The notes under the pieces were generated by a model. That model made no database searches and was not told the DNA's origin. It saw only the letters and a program-made list of their open reading frames with translations. DNA of 64,000 nt, from NCBI RefSeq assembly GCF_015706575.1, contig NW_024037073.1:20086740-20150739 (forward strand), read 5' to 3'. Shown one piece after another: positions 49,752-61,569 of the stretch (within the stretch, counting starts at the first letter, position 1; each line of letters begins with the position of its first letter). The position numbers were made by a program, and so were the translations under genes. The DNA comes from Patiria miniata (taxonomy: Eukaryota).

Positions 49752-50752
49752 GTAAGTCATCAAAGGTGACCCTCCAGCACAAACCAATTTTAGAAAATTG
49801 GGATTTTATGCTGATTGCAAAGGACATTGAATAAAATTTCCAATGTGGTATAGAATATGGGAATCAGACCAAATCTGACGGAGTTATACACATGTTCAGT
49901 TCCTGATTTTGAGGCCTCAGAATTTTTTTTAGAATCAAGAATTTAATCGTTAACAGTTTCCCAAATGAACTCCTCCAGAAATTTACAAATTAACTACATA
50001 AACAGTGACATATATTCATTATTCTAGCTTCTAACGCCCAATTCTAAATGTTTGATCATTTTTGCCGGTACGATATTCCTCATTCATTGATCTCAAAATA
50101 CAGCGATGCAATTTTCAACTGGTTTTGTGCTGGGTCACATATGACGTATACAAACTCAACAATGGAAGATGCAATGTAGCTACTGTATATAAAAAGTGAG
50201 GCTGTGTGACTTTCTGATGGAAAAAATCTGATTCATGTTCTTATGGCTGAGATTTCAAAATGTCGGTTTAAAGTCCACTTTAACAACAGTAAATGTTGCT
50301 TTTTGGAAAGGTGCTTCACCAAATTTGTTTTCCGTGTTGTATTTGAAGTTGTACTTATTACATGCTAATTAAAGTAACAAATTATAACAATATTAAACAT
50401 ACATTGTACCAGTCAGCAGCAACAAAATCATTTAGGGTAAATCTATTTTGATTTTTGAGTCTACTTGATTTTCTGAGAATAAAAGAAAAATTGACAAACG
50501 TGAAATTGACCCCCGACTCCTTCAGTCAATTTGTTAAGGTGCAGAAAATTGCAGGCGAGATTCGTAATGAACACTGAAATTTATCGTTTGTGTGTGTGTT
50601 TTCAAGAAAGGCTCAGTCTCAGTGAGAGGCTACAGTGAACTAAAATACAAGGGGAAAGTCATGAAGTTTTATTTTTTCAGAAACCTGTGCCTTAAATGTC
50701 ACTTATGGCAGTACATGTATTTTGAATGTTCTTATTTTTTTCTTTTCTTCAG

Positions 50753-50923
50753 GGGGATTCAGGCGGGCCTCTGATATGTGAGTTGTCCGACGGTCGTTGG
50801 CACCTCGTCGGGGTCACCAGCTGGGGCCGTGGGTGCGCCATGGCCAACAAGCCAGGGGTGTATACCAAAGTGGCGCACTTCACACAGTGGATTGAAGACC
50901 ACATAAAGAAACATGGACTTTAG
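50753..50923 (+). CDS. Mosaic serine protease, terminal exon 11: [56 protein letters not shown] (catalytic Ser, S1 pocket Asp, stop TAG at 50921-23).
   Basis: Acceptor ttttcttttcttcag| at 50751-52 (phase 0) joins DACQ|GDSGGP. An AATAAA signal lies at 50935-40, just after the stop. Confidence 0.9.
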   Translation, partial: GDSGGPLICELSDGRWHLVGVTSWGRGCAMANKPGVYTKVAHFTQWIEDHIKKHGL

Positions 50924-50934
50924 CTAAAATCAAT

Positions 50935-50940
50935 AATAAA
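50935..50940 (+). promoter_or_regulatory. Candidate polyadenylation signal AATAAA for the protease gene.
   Basis: aataaa 12 nt downstream of the stop codon. An A/T-rich 3' region follows. Confidence 0.35.
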
Positions 50941-51974
50941 ATATTAAATTAATCGAATCCGAAGGATCCGAATGATTCCAAGATATTATCCGTTGTTTGT
51001 ATAAATTGTGGAAATAATGAATTATAGAAATATAGACCTTATGCATGAAGGCGGAGTCAGAGGGCAATGGCTTTGCGTTGCTGGGATCGGCATGTGCATT
51101 CATTGTTACTAAAAATAAGAAAGAATGCCCTCTTGAGGTACCTGCAACACATAAGGCCTTTTGCAGTTTCAGCGACCTAGAGCAACACAGTGCACATGAT
51201 GTAAAAAGGTACATTTTGACAATGCCCAAACCCAGACCGAAAACGTGGATGCAAAAAAAACAAAAGTTAACTTTTGGTGGTTCACATCCAATTCAAATAT
51301 ATCCCTCTGCGATAAATCATCTATTGTATGTATTATATTTATTCAATGACCATGAACTTTATTAAAAACTCAAGTTACATGAATTTACTTTAAACTGGGT
51401 CACTTTATTTATCTTGACTCTGTAAACAAAAACAGATCCACAAACAAGAACTATATTATTGGTATTCAGGCATGCAACTTTTCCTCTCATCCGCTGATTT
51501 CCTGGTATTTTTACTTCTCATGGATGTCATTACAAATTGAAAAACACCGTACGAAGTCTAGCGTGGTTTAAAATTTCCTCCTTTTTTCTAACTTCACAGT
51601 TGCATGCCTGGTATTTTAATACCGCTGCATTAGTACAAATGAATGCATATCAAATTGAAAGTCTGTAAACAGTAAATAAAGGTAGGAAAAGCAACAAATA
51701 AGGTGATTGATTTTTTTCCCCATTAACTTTTTATCACAAAAGCAATCAGTATTATGCAGATATAAGATTTATTCCTGTGAAAGTAGGGCTGTCCATTGTC
51801 GAATAATTTAGTACTCAATTACTCAAAACTGTGTTTGACTGAATATTCAGATATTCGAAACTGCCAGCTGTAAATGCGTGCCGCTCCGGTCAAAAGTTGC
51901 ATGCAGAGTGCGCCAGTTAAAATTTGCGTGCGGCAATCTATACAGTTTTATAAGATGGAATTTTGCGTTGGGGT

Positions 51975-52200
51975 GATACAAATCAAATTAGGTTTTTGCC
52001 CTTCACCGACGTTTAAACACTGTATACTCAGTGTGTTACCTCCCGAGTGAAACTTGGAAAAAATCACTCGGATGGGACTCGAACCCACGAGCTCCTGCTT
52101 TCTAGCGCATCCGAGTGATTTTTTCCAAGTTTCACTCGGGAGGTAACACACTGAGTATACAGTGTTAAAACGTCGGTGAAGGGCAAAAACCTAATTTGAA
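51975..52200. mobile_element. Near-perfect ~225-bp foldback whose centre looks like the 3' half of a tRNA (GGTTCGAGTCCCATCCGAGTG on the minus strand).
   Basis: 52014-52070 is the reverse complement of 52113-52170. Outer arms 51975-52013 and 52171-52205 are also inverted. Centre ...cactcggatgggactcgaacccacgagctcctgctttctagcgcatccgagtg. Confidence 0.6.
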
Positions 52201-53295
52201 TCTATAGAGTGTTTTGCAGCAAGTATTTTACAACTGTCAAGGGCTTTAACCAGCTAAAAGGATAGAAACAATGAACAGCCGTCGACAGAAAAGTTACCGT
52301 CGACCAAAAAAAGTGGCACCTGAAAACAAAACGCAGCAACTTTATGATAAAGTAACATCACAGTCGTGTGTGTATGTGCGTAGTTTTTTTTTTTTTTCCA
52401 ATATTCAAACCGGCAAAAAGCTTTTCTCATATTCGGTTGATGATCAAATATTTGGGACAGCCCTGCGCAAAAGTACTTATATCTGTGTCTACCATGCATG
52501 ACATCAGGTTCACACACACACACATTACATTTACATCACAAATATAAACAATCCTAAAAGATCACAAAAATCAGGAAATCTGTACCATTAACTTGTCACA
52601 GGCTTTCAAATCTGCGAATAATACTTGCAAATGTATTCTGCCGAAATATCAAATTTAACGCCAGAGCATCACACTTCTAAAATTATTTTGATAAAGATTT
52701 GCCATATATATTACATGAGGAAGAAAAATTTACTACTTTTCAAAAGCTATCTTTAACTGATACGCATTTGCACAATATTAGATACTCAGGGTCACTGCAT
52801 GCAGTTTTTATCTTTGATAAAAGGCATAAATTAGTGGGAATTCTATTCAAAAACTGATTTACCATGACAGACTCGGACTTTATTTAGGAGTATTAATAGG
52901 AGCTTTGTATAAAGGTTTTCAGCACAAAATTACCGGATTCTTCTTCTAATTATCGTAACCTTAAATGCAGCAACACAAGTTTTTGTAGAATTGTTTGTAA
53001 GAAACTGAGATAAAAAAAATGCCTGGAAGATGAAAAAAACAATTTAATTTTGTCCTTGTTTGATATAATGAGTAAATACCAACACTGTTCAAAATCCCCA
53101 AATACTATTCAACAGATGGATTTAACATATTCATATTGTCTGGTGCCCGGACCCCTTGGGTATAAAGTCACTGAAGACCAGCATCAGATCAGAAAACCAG
53201 TTTATCCAAATGCCCTTGAAGTGATTATGCGTCATGGGACTTATCTGTTTTAGAAGTTTAGGATGGGGGGGGGGGGGGGGGGGGGGCTTGTGTGT

Positions 53296-53424
53296 TTAGT
53301 TGTTCCTCACAAAGTCTTCCCCCTTGGCAATGTTACCCTTCAGTTCACCCATGGCATCGGCAAGTAGTTTTGTCTCGAAGTTGGAGAGCTTGCCGAAACC
53401 CAGATTCTTCTCAAGACCATTTTG
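53296..53424 (-). CDS. MDH2: MDH2, terminal exon 8: QNGLEKNLGFGKLSNFETKLLADAMGELKGNIAKGEDFVRNN* (stop TAA at plus 53298-96).
   Basis: Acceptor ...tttttgcag| (plus 53426-25). Matches the MDH2 C-terminus ...[37 protein letters not shown]. The eight exons total 1026 nt, giving 341 aa. Confidence 0.9.
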   Translation of the reverse strand, partial: QNGLEKNLGFGKLSNFETKLLADAMGELKGNIAKGEDFVRNN

Positions 53425-55297
53425 CTGCAAAAACAGGAGTTTTATATCAAGTTAATGTTTCTGAACCAGCGTGTGGCAAAATGTTACCCTCGTCCATGAC
53501 AATGAGACAATTATTTTTTTTGGAGGGGTGGGTCTTTTTAAAATTTCTAAGAACATTTGCTTCGCAGATAAGAAACAAAGTAAGTCTAGGGTGGCTCTTG
53601 ATCACTTTTAGAAAATGCTCGGTTCTCTCGGAATACATAATGTCTAGCCTGAAATTGCATTTGATAAAGCCGGCATCTGCTGAAAAAACTGAGAAATGTT
53701 TGGAACTAATTATTAAGATGATATGAGCAATAATATTTGAACCTTACTACATCAGCAAATTATTTTACTTTGCAATTATCTTCTAATACTTCCCACCTCC
53801 TACACTTGTGACAATCTTAGCATAAGGAAGAAGCAGCTACATGATCAAGTATCACCCTTCAAGATTTTTAATTGACAATGAAAATTCAATCGTTCGGAGA
53901 CTCTTTACTAAAAAGGCCTAAATCCCCCCAATTTGTGACAGAAATCGCTACTCCTGCCTTGCAAGCAAAATCTGTTTTTAAATGATAAAAAAGAATAAGG
54001 TTAACAAACAAATTTCTTTTGTGAGTGTGTGTGGTTCTGAAAAACAAATTGGAAACTCAGTCTCCTGACAATGGGCAGAGTCTCCCACTACTTTTTTCCG
54101 AACCACACAAACTCACACAAGAATTTGTTTCGTCATATAATGCAACTGCAAACTTTCTCTGATGTTTTCACCATGCAAACCTTTAAAGGTGAATATACAG
54201 CATTTGCCTTTGCTGTAATTTTCAGAAATGGATGGAGTTGGGGGTTACACTATATTGTGTTCATAGATGCTGAAAAAAAAAAGAAAAAAAAAAGCTGTTC
54301 TTGAAGTCTGGTTCCCTGACCCTACTTCAGACAAAACAGAGCAATTTATAGATGTCCGGGCAGCCTCTACTCCATGGGCGCGTGCGCGTTGCTTCACTAA
54401 CCCCTGGCCACAATGTACACATAAACGGATGCTGACTGGCTATTCAGAGCGTACTGCTCGGGCATTTCGAAGACTGCACGCTGAGCGCGCCCATAATGCG
54501 CTCGCGTGCTTTGTATGTCACGTCACGTACGAATATTCAAACTGCGCGAAGCCTGCACGATATGGATTATGGCAGCCTCGTTTTCGTTAAAAAAACTCTG
54601 TATCTGCGGTTGTAAAGGGACGAAAGGGGTACGTACCTTTAATACAAATCTTGGATAAATAACATAACATCCAAACCTTATGTTTGAAAGGATTGATTCT
54701 TCAAAAACACAACTTTCAACATTTTAAAGATGGCGTCGGCACGTAAAATGGATAAACTGCAGCCTAATTATAATGTGCCATATTTTGACACATTTAAATT
54801 ACACAATTCCAGGGGTTGAGATCACGCAAGGCATGATGGGAAACAACATGGTGCAGCAAGATCTTGTACCCATGGGAACGAGTTGATGTCGGGGGAATTG
54901 TCAGTCAGGGAACCAGACTAGCTGGCTTGCACCCGTTTGTGGATGTGTAACCGATTGCAAACAAAATGGGGACTAACTAATTTTCTAAATTGGGAGCAAT
55001 ATTTGAAAAATGTCAGTCTTTCCAACGATGCTCGGCCAACCATCTTTGGAAACGGATACAAAATTCCACTTTTCTTGGAAATGACAGCCCCCTAGGTGCC
55101 ATGATTTCACAGGATGCTTGAGACTATTATTCACTTACAGTCAAGTAAGGTATTTCATAATGATTTGATAGTTTTGTTTTTTGATGTTTGCAAATGTTGT
55201 ATATTACCTAACATCGAAGCAACACAATTTTGGTTCTTTCGAGCAAAGTTTTTATCTGTACAGAAAAATAAAAATATTATCAGATCAAACGTCTTAC

Positions 55298-55399
55298 CCC
55301 AAGCAAAACTGGGTTGGCAAAGTATCCAGCCTCTGTGATATCTGACTTGACAAAGGCGCACTCGACGACTCCCTGCTCACCGTTAAGAGCCTTCAGAAC
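55298..55399 (-). CDS. MDH2: MDH2, exon 7: VLKALNGEQGVVECAFVKSDITEAGYFANPVLLG.
   Basis: Acceptor ...ttattcacag| (plus 55401-00) and donor GGG|GTAAGA (plus 55297-96). Matches MDH2 ...[31 protein letters not shown]. Confidence 0.9.
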
Positions 55400-55787
55400 C
55401 TGTGAATAAAAATACGATTTGCTGCTTGAGAAAAATTCTTTACTTCTCAAATCAAGGTAGGTACATCGCCTGTAAATTTTTTGGGGGAAAAATGCGGGGT
55501 CAATGTGGGAATTTTAAATTTTAAACTTTTAAATAGGTGACAAGATTTTCTGTGAGTTGAAACAAAACTGTTATCATGGCCAACATGCAAGACGACACCA
55601 CTAAAAACACTTTTGAAAAGGGTATCTGAGACCAATATTGTCACTTTTCTCTATAAAAATATGTCAACTTCTGCAAACTGATGTCGATACACATTTACTA
55701 ATTGAAGGGAATCTACGAGGAAAAGTTTTGGATCTTAGAAAATGAAATTTAGTTATGATGTAGAAAAAAACGATTCCAATGACTTAC

Positions 55788-55838
55788 CGAACTTCCAAAC
55801 CTTGCACCAGCCATTGCCATGGACAATGTGGCAGAACC
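55788..55838 (-). CDS. MDH2: MDH2, exon 6: GSATLSMAMAGARFGSS.
   Basis: Acceptor ...aactacag| (plus 55840-39) and donor TCG|GTAAGT (plus 55787-86). Matches the GSATLSMAYAGARF motif. Confidence 0.88.
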
Positions 55839-56511
55839 CTGTAGTTTAATAAGAAAATGTCCATTAATTAAAACATACATTCAAAAAGTGTATGAATTGG
55901 ACTCCACAAATGATGTCTAGAGGGCGCCATGTAGTATAACAAGTGAAGGGCACAATTATGACCATTGTGCATGAAGGTGTGTGCTGTTCATTCAATTACT
56001 GAAGATTCGATACTTTATTCACAAAAGACTCGATACTTTATTCACATTCTAAGACTTTTTGCAGACCACTGAACTGTCCTGCATCGACAACAATGTCTCA
56101 AATGTCCTCTGCAGAGGTGAACTTGTGCATACAGAGTGGTATGGTGTATTATTACTTTTTTTATATATACAGTCGAATCTCGTTAGTGCAAACTCTGTTA
56201 ATACAAAATTCTGGTTATAACAAACACAAAGCCTTAGTCCTGACTGTGCATTTATCTGCACAATGAATGGGACTTATGTTCCTCTTAATACAAAATTCTG
56301 ATATAACACACAATTTGGCTAGGTCCGAACGAGTTTGTATTAATGAGACTCGACTGTATTACTGAAGGAATAGCTGTAACCATACATCTACTATAATAGG
56401 TTTGAAATGGAAAATAGATTGTTAATAACTGTGTTGAGAGTTTTGCATCAATTTGTTTTTAGGTGTTTTTTTTTTTTTTAAATTAATGATGTTGATTGTC
56501 TAGATACTCAC

Positions 56512-56610
56512 AGCTCCAGCCTTGGCATTGACCACCTCAGTGCCTGCATTCTGGATACGATCAGACAGCTTCTCCAGCTCATCATCTGTGAACGATACTG
56601 AGGGCTGGGT
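56512..56610 (-). CDS. MDH2: MDH2, exon 5: [33 protein letters not shown].
   Basis: Acceptor ...tttcgtcag| (plus 56612-11) and donor GCT|GTGAGT (plus 56511-10). Matches MDH2 ...RIQEAGTEVVKAKAGAG. Confidence 0.9.
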
Positions 56611-57100
56611 CTGACGAAACAATACAAACACGGACATGCAGTTCTTGCATCAACAAGATCTTGGTAGAAACGTCCAGCAGAAACTGTCTATTGGGTACCA
56701 TGCAGCATATTTTATGTCTTTGGGTCTTCCTAATAAACTGGTACCTTGATTTCCTTCTTCTATTCTGAAATTTGTTCAAATATCAGTGACTCAAATTGAC
56801 TCGAGCATAAATTTGACTCGACTCGACCACACAGTGTGACTTGACTCATGTCAATTTTCTTGACCTAATGACTTGATTCAACTCGAGTAACTTCCTTAAA
56901 ATGACTTGACTTGACTTGTGTCACAACACAGTGACTTGTTACAACTCTGGTAACTTTACAAAGCAACTGCCCTGTGATGGATTACCTGAGCAACAGCTAG
57001 AGCAATGCTTTCAGTACCAGTTTGTTCTACTGCCCTCTATTGTCTCAAATTAAGCACCAGGTTGTCTACTGCCCTCTGGTGTCTCAAAGTGTCCATTTAC

Positions 57101-57304
57101 CTGTGAGAGCAGCGGGATGATGGTGATCCCCGAGTGTCCGCCGATGACCGGCACCGAGGTGGTGCTGACATCCAGGCCCTTGAGCTCCGAGACAAACGTG
57201 TTGGATCGGACAATGTCCAGGGTGGTCACCCCAAAGATGCGGTTAGGGTCGTAGACTCCAGCCTTCTTGAAGACTTCAGAGCAGATGGGAACGGTGGAAT
57301 TGAC
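57101..57304 (-). CDS. MDH2: MDH2, exon 4: [68 protein letters not shown] (catalytic His in the IGGHSG motif).
   Basis: Acceptor ...aacaattcag| (plus 57306-05) and donor CAG|GTAAAT (plus 57100-99), phase 0-0. Colinear with human [44 protein letters not shown]... Confidence 0.92.
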
Positions 57305-57569
57305 CTGAATTGTTTACAAAAGTCATGCACATAAAAAGTAGACCAAAAAAATCTATTCAAGGATAAGGGTCGTTACGATCCAAGTATTTCACAATATAGA
57401 AGAACAGCTGTTGAAAAATCCTTCCTTTACCCACAGATACAACAGCCAAACATGACGTCCATTTGTTGATGTTGCCTAATAGTTTCTACCCATATTGTTT
57501 CCAGATTTTTTGGCCATGCATGCCATAAGTTGAAATACATATTGTGAATAACCATGGGTTTTTCCCCCT

Positions 57570-57865
57570 AGTGGGGAGTGTGGCCTAGTGGTTAGGGTTT
57601 GTGACTCATGATCAGAGGGTCAGGGGTTCAAATCCAGCCACTTGCCATATGTAATGTCCTTGGGCAAGCCACTTCACCCCCCCCCCCCCCCCCCCCCCCT
57701 TGCCTCTCTCCACCCGGGAGTATAAATGGGTACCGGCATTAGCTGGGGAGTAACCTGCCATGGGCTGGCATCCCATCCAGGGGGGAATAGAAATATTCTT
57801 AGTAATTTCATGCTAGTGCAACCAGAGATAAACGCCGGCCTGATGGGCCACATTGGCTTGTGATA
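57570..57865 (+). mobile_element. Third copy of the SINE (plus orientation) in an MDH2 intron. Includes an internal poly-C tract.
   Basis: ggggagtgtggcctagtggttagggtttgtgactcatgatcagagggtcaggggttcaaatccagccacttgcc...gggagtataaatgggtaccggcattagctgg... Confidence 0.75.
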
Positions 57866-57894
57866 GACTTTTACTTTTTACTTACTCTTTTCTC

Positions 57895-58370
57895 CCCATA
57901 CCTCATTAAATCAATAAGTAAGTGGATAACACTCAAGAAGAGGGAAGCAAAATACCCAGAAATTAAGGAGTAAAGCTGACACAGCAAACTCATCCTCCGT
58001 ATTCTAGTTAACTCTAAGGCACTTTCCTGTGAAAGTTGGCAATTTACACATGTACGATTGCAGGGTGAGGTTTACTAATAAGCAAATTTTCTTCAGTAAT
58101 ACGCATTTGAACCTGTTTGTATGGATCCCCATACCTCATTAAATCAATAAGTCAAATGGATAGCACTCAAGAAGAGGGAAGCAAAATATCCAGTAATTAA
58201 AGGGTAAAAGCTGACAGAGCAAAAGCCTCCTCCTTTTTCTAGGTAACCTGAAGGCACTTTTCTGTGAAATTTACACACACGTAAGCAGGGTGAGGTTTAC
58301 TTATCAGCAAATTTTCTATAGTAATACAAATTTGAACCTGTTTGTATGGATCCCCAAATGGTATGACAGT
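57895..58370 (+). repeat. Tandem duplication of a ~235-bp unit within an MDH2 intron.
   Basis: 57895-58130 is ~90% identical to 58130-58370 (ccccatacctcattaaatcaataagt...ggtgaggtttact(a/t)at(a/c)agcaaattttct...). Confidence 0.8.
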
Positions 58371-58429
58371 GCCACTTGAAAGTTTAAAGAAAAATGTGAC
58401 ATAATGACGCTGAGAAATGTTGTCCATAC

Positions 58430-58539
58430 TGGGTTAGTGATGATTCCCATGATGGCCGTGGGGCAGTACTTGGCAGCTGCTTCACTCAGAGTCTGGACGA
58501 TGGAGGCATTGGTGTTGAACAGATCGTCTCTTGTCATTC
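58430..58539 (-). CDS. MDH2: MDH2, exon 3: (G)[36 protein letters not shown].
   Basis: Acceptor ...gctgtcctag| (plus 58541-40) completes the Gly codon. Donor CCA|GTATGG at plus 58429-28. The [11 protein letters not shown] motif is conserved in MDH2. Confidence 0.9.
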
Positions 58540-59619
58540 CTAGGACAGCCAACAAATTTAACTCTTGAAAAATTGACCAAAATTGACAGAAACTTTTTAA
58601 GAACATACTTGAACAAAAATCTCTGGCTAGGGATTGTCAGTGATTAGCCTTTTTGATCATTTTTGACCAGCTTTCCAGCAAAAAAGATAATGAAAATCTG
58701 ATTACAGAAAGAACTCAAACCTTCGATGCAAATACAAAATTATAAAATCACTACAAAAAGTTGGTACATGTCTATCTTTTTCACAAGTAACAGAGTCTAA
58801 AATATCAGTAAACTTGTAGACGTCCACTGATCATGAGCTCAAAATTTAGAAGAGTTTTTGATCAGGGGTGTTATTTGTGTTTGTATGTTCATATGCTTAT
58901 TCAACAAAGCTTGATAAAGACTAGATTTTTGGAGCAAATCTCAAGTCATGACCGCCAACATGGGCTATTGTGAAAACTCCAAATAGACTAATCTGGTGAC
59001 AATTAGAAACCATTACTTAGAATACACTCGCACAGACATCACTTTGCCAAAAATTTGGGACTCTCAGTACTGTGTATCAGAGTCTCAAAACATATGAAAG
59101 CATGCAACACAAGAAAATAGACTGACACACGAAACAACCAGTCCACACACAGTCTTAAACTTCTTAGTATAAAAGGAAGCCAAAAGAAACGTTCGGTACC
59201 CAGACTTTTTTTCTGTACATTCCCTCCATACATGCCACCATGTAATCAATCTTTGTCAAAAAGTTGGACAAGTACCAGTCTAGTCTTCAGCTTCAAACTG
59301 AAATTAGTTTGCATTTTTGTCCGCTAAAGAGTGACTAAAGTTGGCCTGATTTTGTTTTGCACGTTTTTTTTTTTTTTGCACTCATGGTCCCAGTCTGATA
59401 CATAGATTTTACATCCCAATTTTTGTTTTAAAGTTGATGTGAACACACTTCATGGCAAACTTATCACAAAAGTTTGCGAACATTGAACCTGTGCAAGTAC
59501 GTGGTACCACCTCAGTAGATATTCACTTCTCTTTGAGTAGGCCAAGCAGGTGTAATCCACCATTTGTGTACGGAGGCCCTACACATTATGGCACGATGCC
59601 GTAATCTTCAACGGCTCAC

Positions 59620-59872
59620 CAGGTTTCCTTGGTACACCGGCGGGGATGAGAACCAGCTGGCACCCCTCCAGGCATTGCTGCAGCTGCTCCGCTCCCTGGT
59701 AACCTGCAACCTTGGCCGGCGTCTCCACGTGGCTCAGGTCAGCTGCCACACCGGGGGTGTTGACCACGTCGTACAGCGCCAGGTTGCTGACCATGGGGTT
59801 CAACTTGAGCAGGAGGGACAAGGGCTGGCCGATGCCACCGGCTGCACCCATAACGGCCACCTTCTGGTGGTC
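59620..59872 (-). CDS. MDH2: MDH2, exon 2: [85 protein letters not shown] (NAD-binding GxGxxG fold).
   Basis: Acceptor ...tgtcctcag| (plus 59874-73) and donor G|GTGAGC (plus 59619-18), phase 1. Near-identity to MDH2 [20 protein letters not shown]...[10 protein letters not shown]. Six-frame ORF 59579..59860(-). Confidence 0.92.
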
Positions 59873-60991
59873 CTGAGGACAACAATGTCAAGTGTAGAAA
59901 TTGTCAATGTAAGAGTTGCGAAACTTTTTTTTTCTGGTTTACATTCTGGCAAAATGACTGTTGTTGATGATGAAAGCAGTCCCAACAACAGTTACTTTGA
60001 CAATCCACAGTGAAATACCAAATAACCAAAGATATCAGGAATTATGACAGGTAAATTACATTTGTGTAACCTATAAAGTTTTTAAGTTGGGATTTTATAA
60101 ATTTGGCCGTCATGTCAAGATCTGTTGTCTTTGTCCATGGAGAAAAGTCACATGACCAACGAGCCTATTTCTATTAAAATGTGTAAAACTGTAAAATTTT
60201 AAATTCTGTACAAAACTTCAAAAGGCTATTTTCTCTTTCATTGTTTGTTTACCACACCACAATAGTTTTCATTTCGGAAAGAATGTACATTTTGTATTAA
60301 TTATCCAGATGCCACTTCACTTTGGTTGTGTACAAAACACTTTTTTTCAGACCATTCTCATAGGGTTTGAGCACAGGGTGTCAAGTGATGTCTAGGTATG
60401 GAATTCTTTCCAAGTGCGTTTCCAAAGTATTTTGTAACAAACTTGGAAGTGTTTCTCAGTCCCAGATTCATTTTTCATGTCTTTTCAAAAATTTTCATGG
60501 ACATCATGATCATCAATTACATTTTAATAAATATGACAATTGTCATAAACAAAGTGGCGTCACTTCATATTTTTGGGTGAAGTTGTTATTAACACTTGTA
60601 ATAGTATCGTCAGACCCCCTAAACTAAAGCTACGCGGTCCTATTTCTACGTACTCGCATTCTACTCCTAGAACTATGAGGCTCCACGTAGTGGAGCCTCA
60701 TAGTCTGATAGTTCTAGGACTAGTACTCGCATTCATTGTGTGTGACAACGAGCGCGCGTTGCAATCGTTACCTGCGCAGATTATGGAGGGTCAAGGATAT
60801 AAGAAGACCGCCACTCTTTGCTTTCTCCTTCTCCCCACCCCCACCCCCATCCCGACCGATCCCCCCTCCCCCCCCCCCCCCCCCCCAAAAAAAAACACCG
60901 CCTGCCGCGCCGGCTGTACAGCTGGCGTACGTGCCACTGCCAGTCCATGGTCGCACGTTTACCGTTATTAACCGCACGGCCTACGGCCTAC

Positions 60992-61069
60992 CTGAGCAGA
61001 CAGCGACAGCAATCGCTTGGCCTGGGCTGGCGTTCCCGCCCTCCTCAAAAGTACACAAGATCTCAACAT
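60992..61069 (-). CDS. MDH2: Mitochondrial malate dehydrogenase (MDH2), exon 1: mitochondrial targeting peptide MLRSCVLLRRAGTPAQAKRLLSLSAQ.
   Basis: ATG at 61069-67 on the minus strand. Arg-rich presequence parallels human MLSALARPASAALRRSFSTSAQ. Donor CAG|GTAGGC lies on minus at 60991-90. Phase 0 matches the next exon. Confidence 0.8.
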
Positions 61070-61569
61070 ATTGACTGCGATCTAAATTAACGGTCTTTAC
61101 AACAAAAAGTTCGAATACAAGTTGTATAAATCCGAAAATTATGCGGCGAAATTAGTGAAATGTGATGATTTGCAGCCAGAACCGGCGAAACGAGCAGAGG
61201 AAAGGTCGATCGTAGGGGTCACAGCGCAGCCGCAGTTTTGTTGTTCAGAAAGTTGTGTCCCACAATGCAATGTTACCGGAACTGGAAATATTCTCCTTGG
61301 TAACTAAACGCGGAAGTTGTGCAGGAGCAGACGACACAAGTGTTTATTCTGTTGTGAGCTATTTTTGTGCTTTTATTTGAGATATCGTAGATTAAACAGT
61401 TTTTTTTTTTTAGTGGATATTTAAACTTCCATTGTAAGGATTCTGCAGGGTTTGTGAAGTTCAAATCATTCCACGAAAACATGATTAAAAATAACATTTT
61501 ATTTTGTCAATGTCATTGAATTTGAATCATAAATTTTGAACAAGTTATTATGAGGCCTATATTATTAAT

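Noticed and set aside
53292-53726. Plus-strand ORF of 144 aa overlapping the MDH2 terminal exon.
   Set aside because: It is antisense to the exon encoding the conserved MDH2 C-terminus (53296-53424, minus strand); the remainder lies in the MDH2 intron.
60573-61090. Plus-strand ORFs of 90-132 aa containing poly-Pro.
   Set aside because: They are driven by a poly-C/CCCA tract (60830-60890). The region is the intron and 5' flank of MDH2 on the opposite strand; the real exon here is minus-strand 60992-61069.
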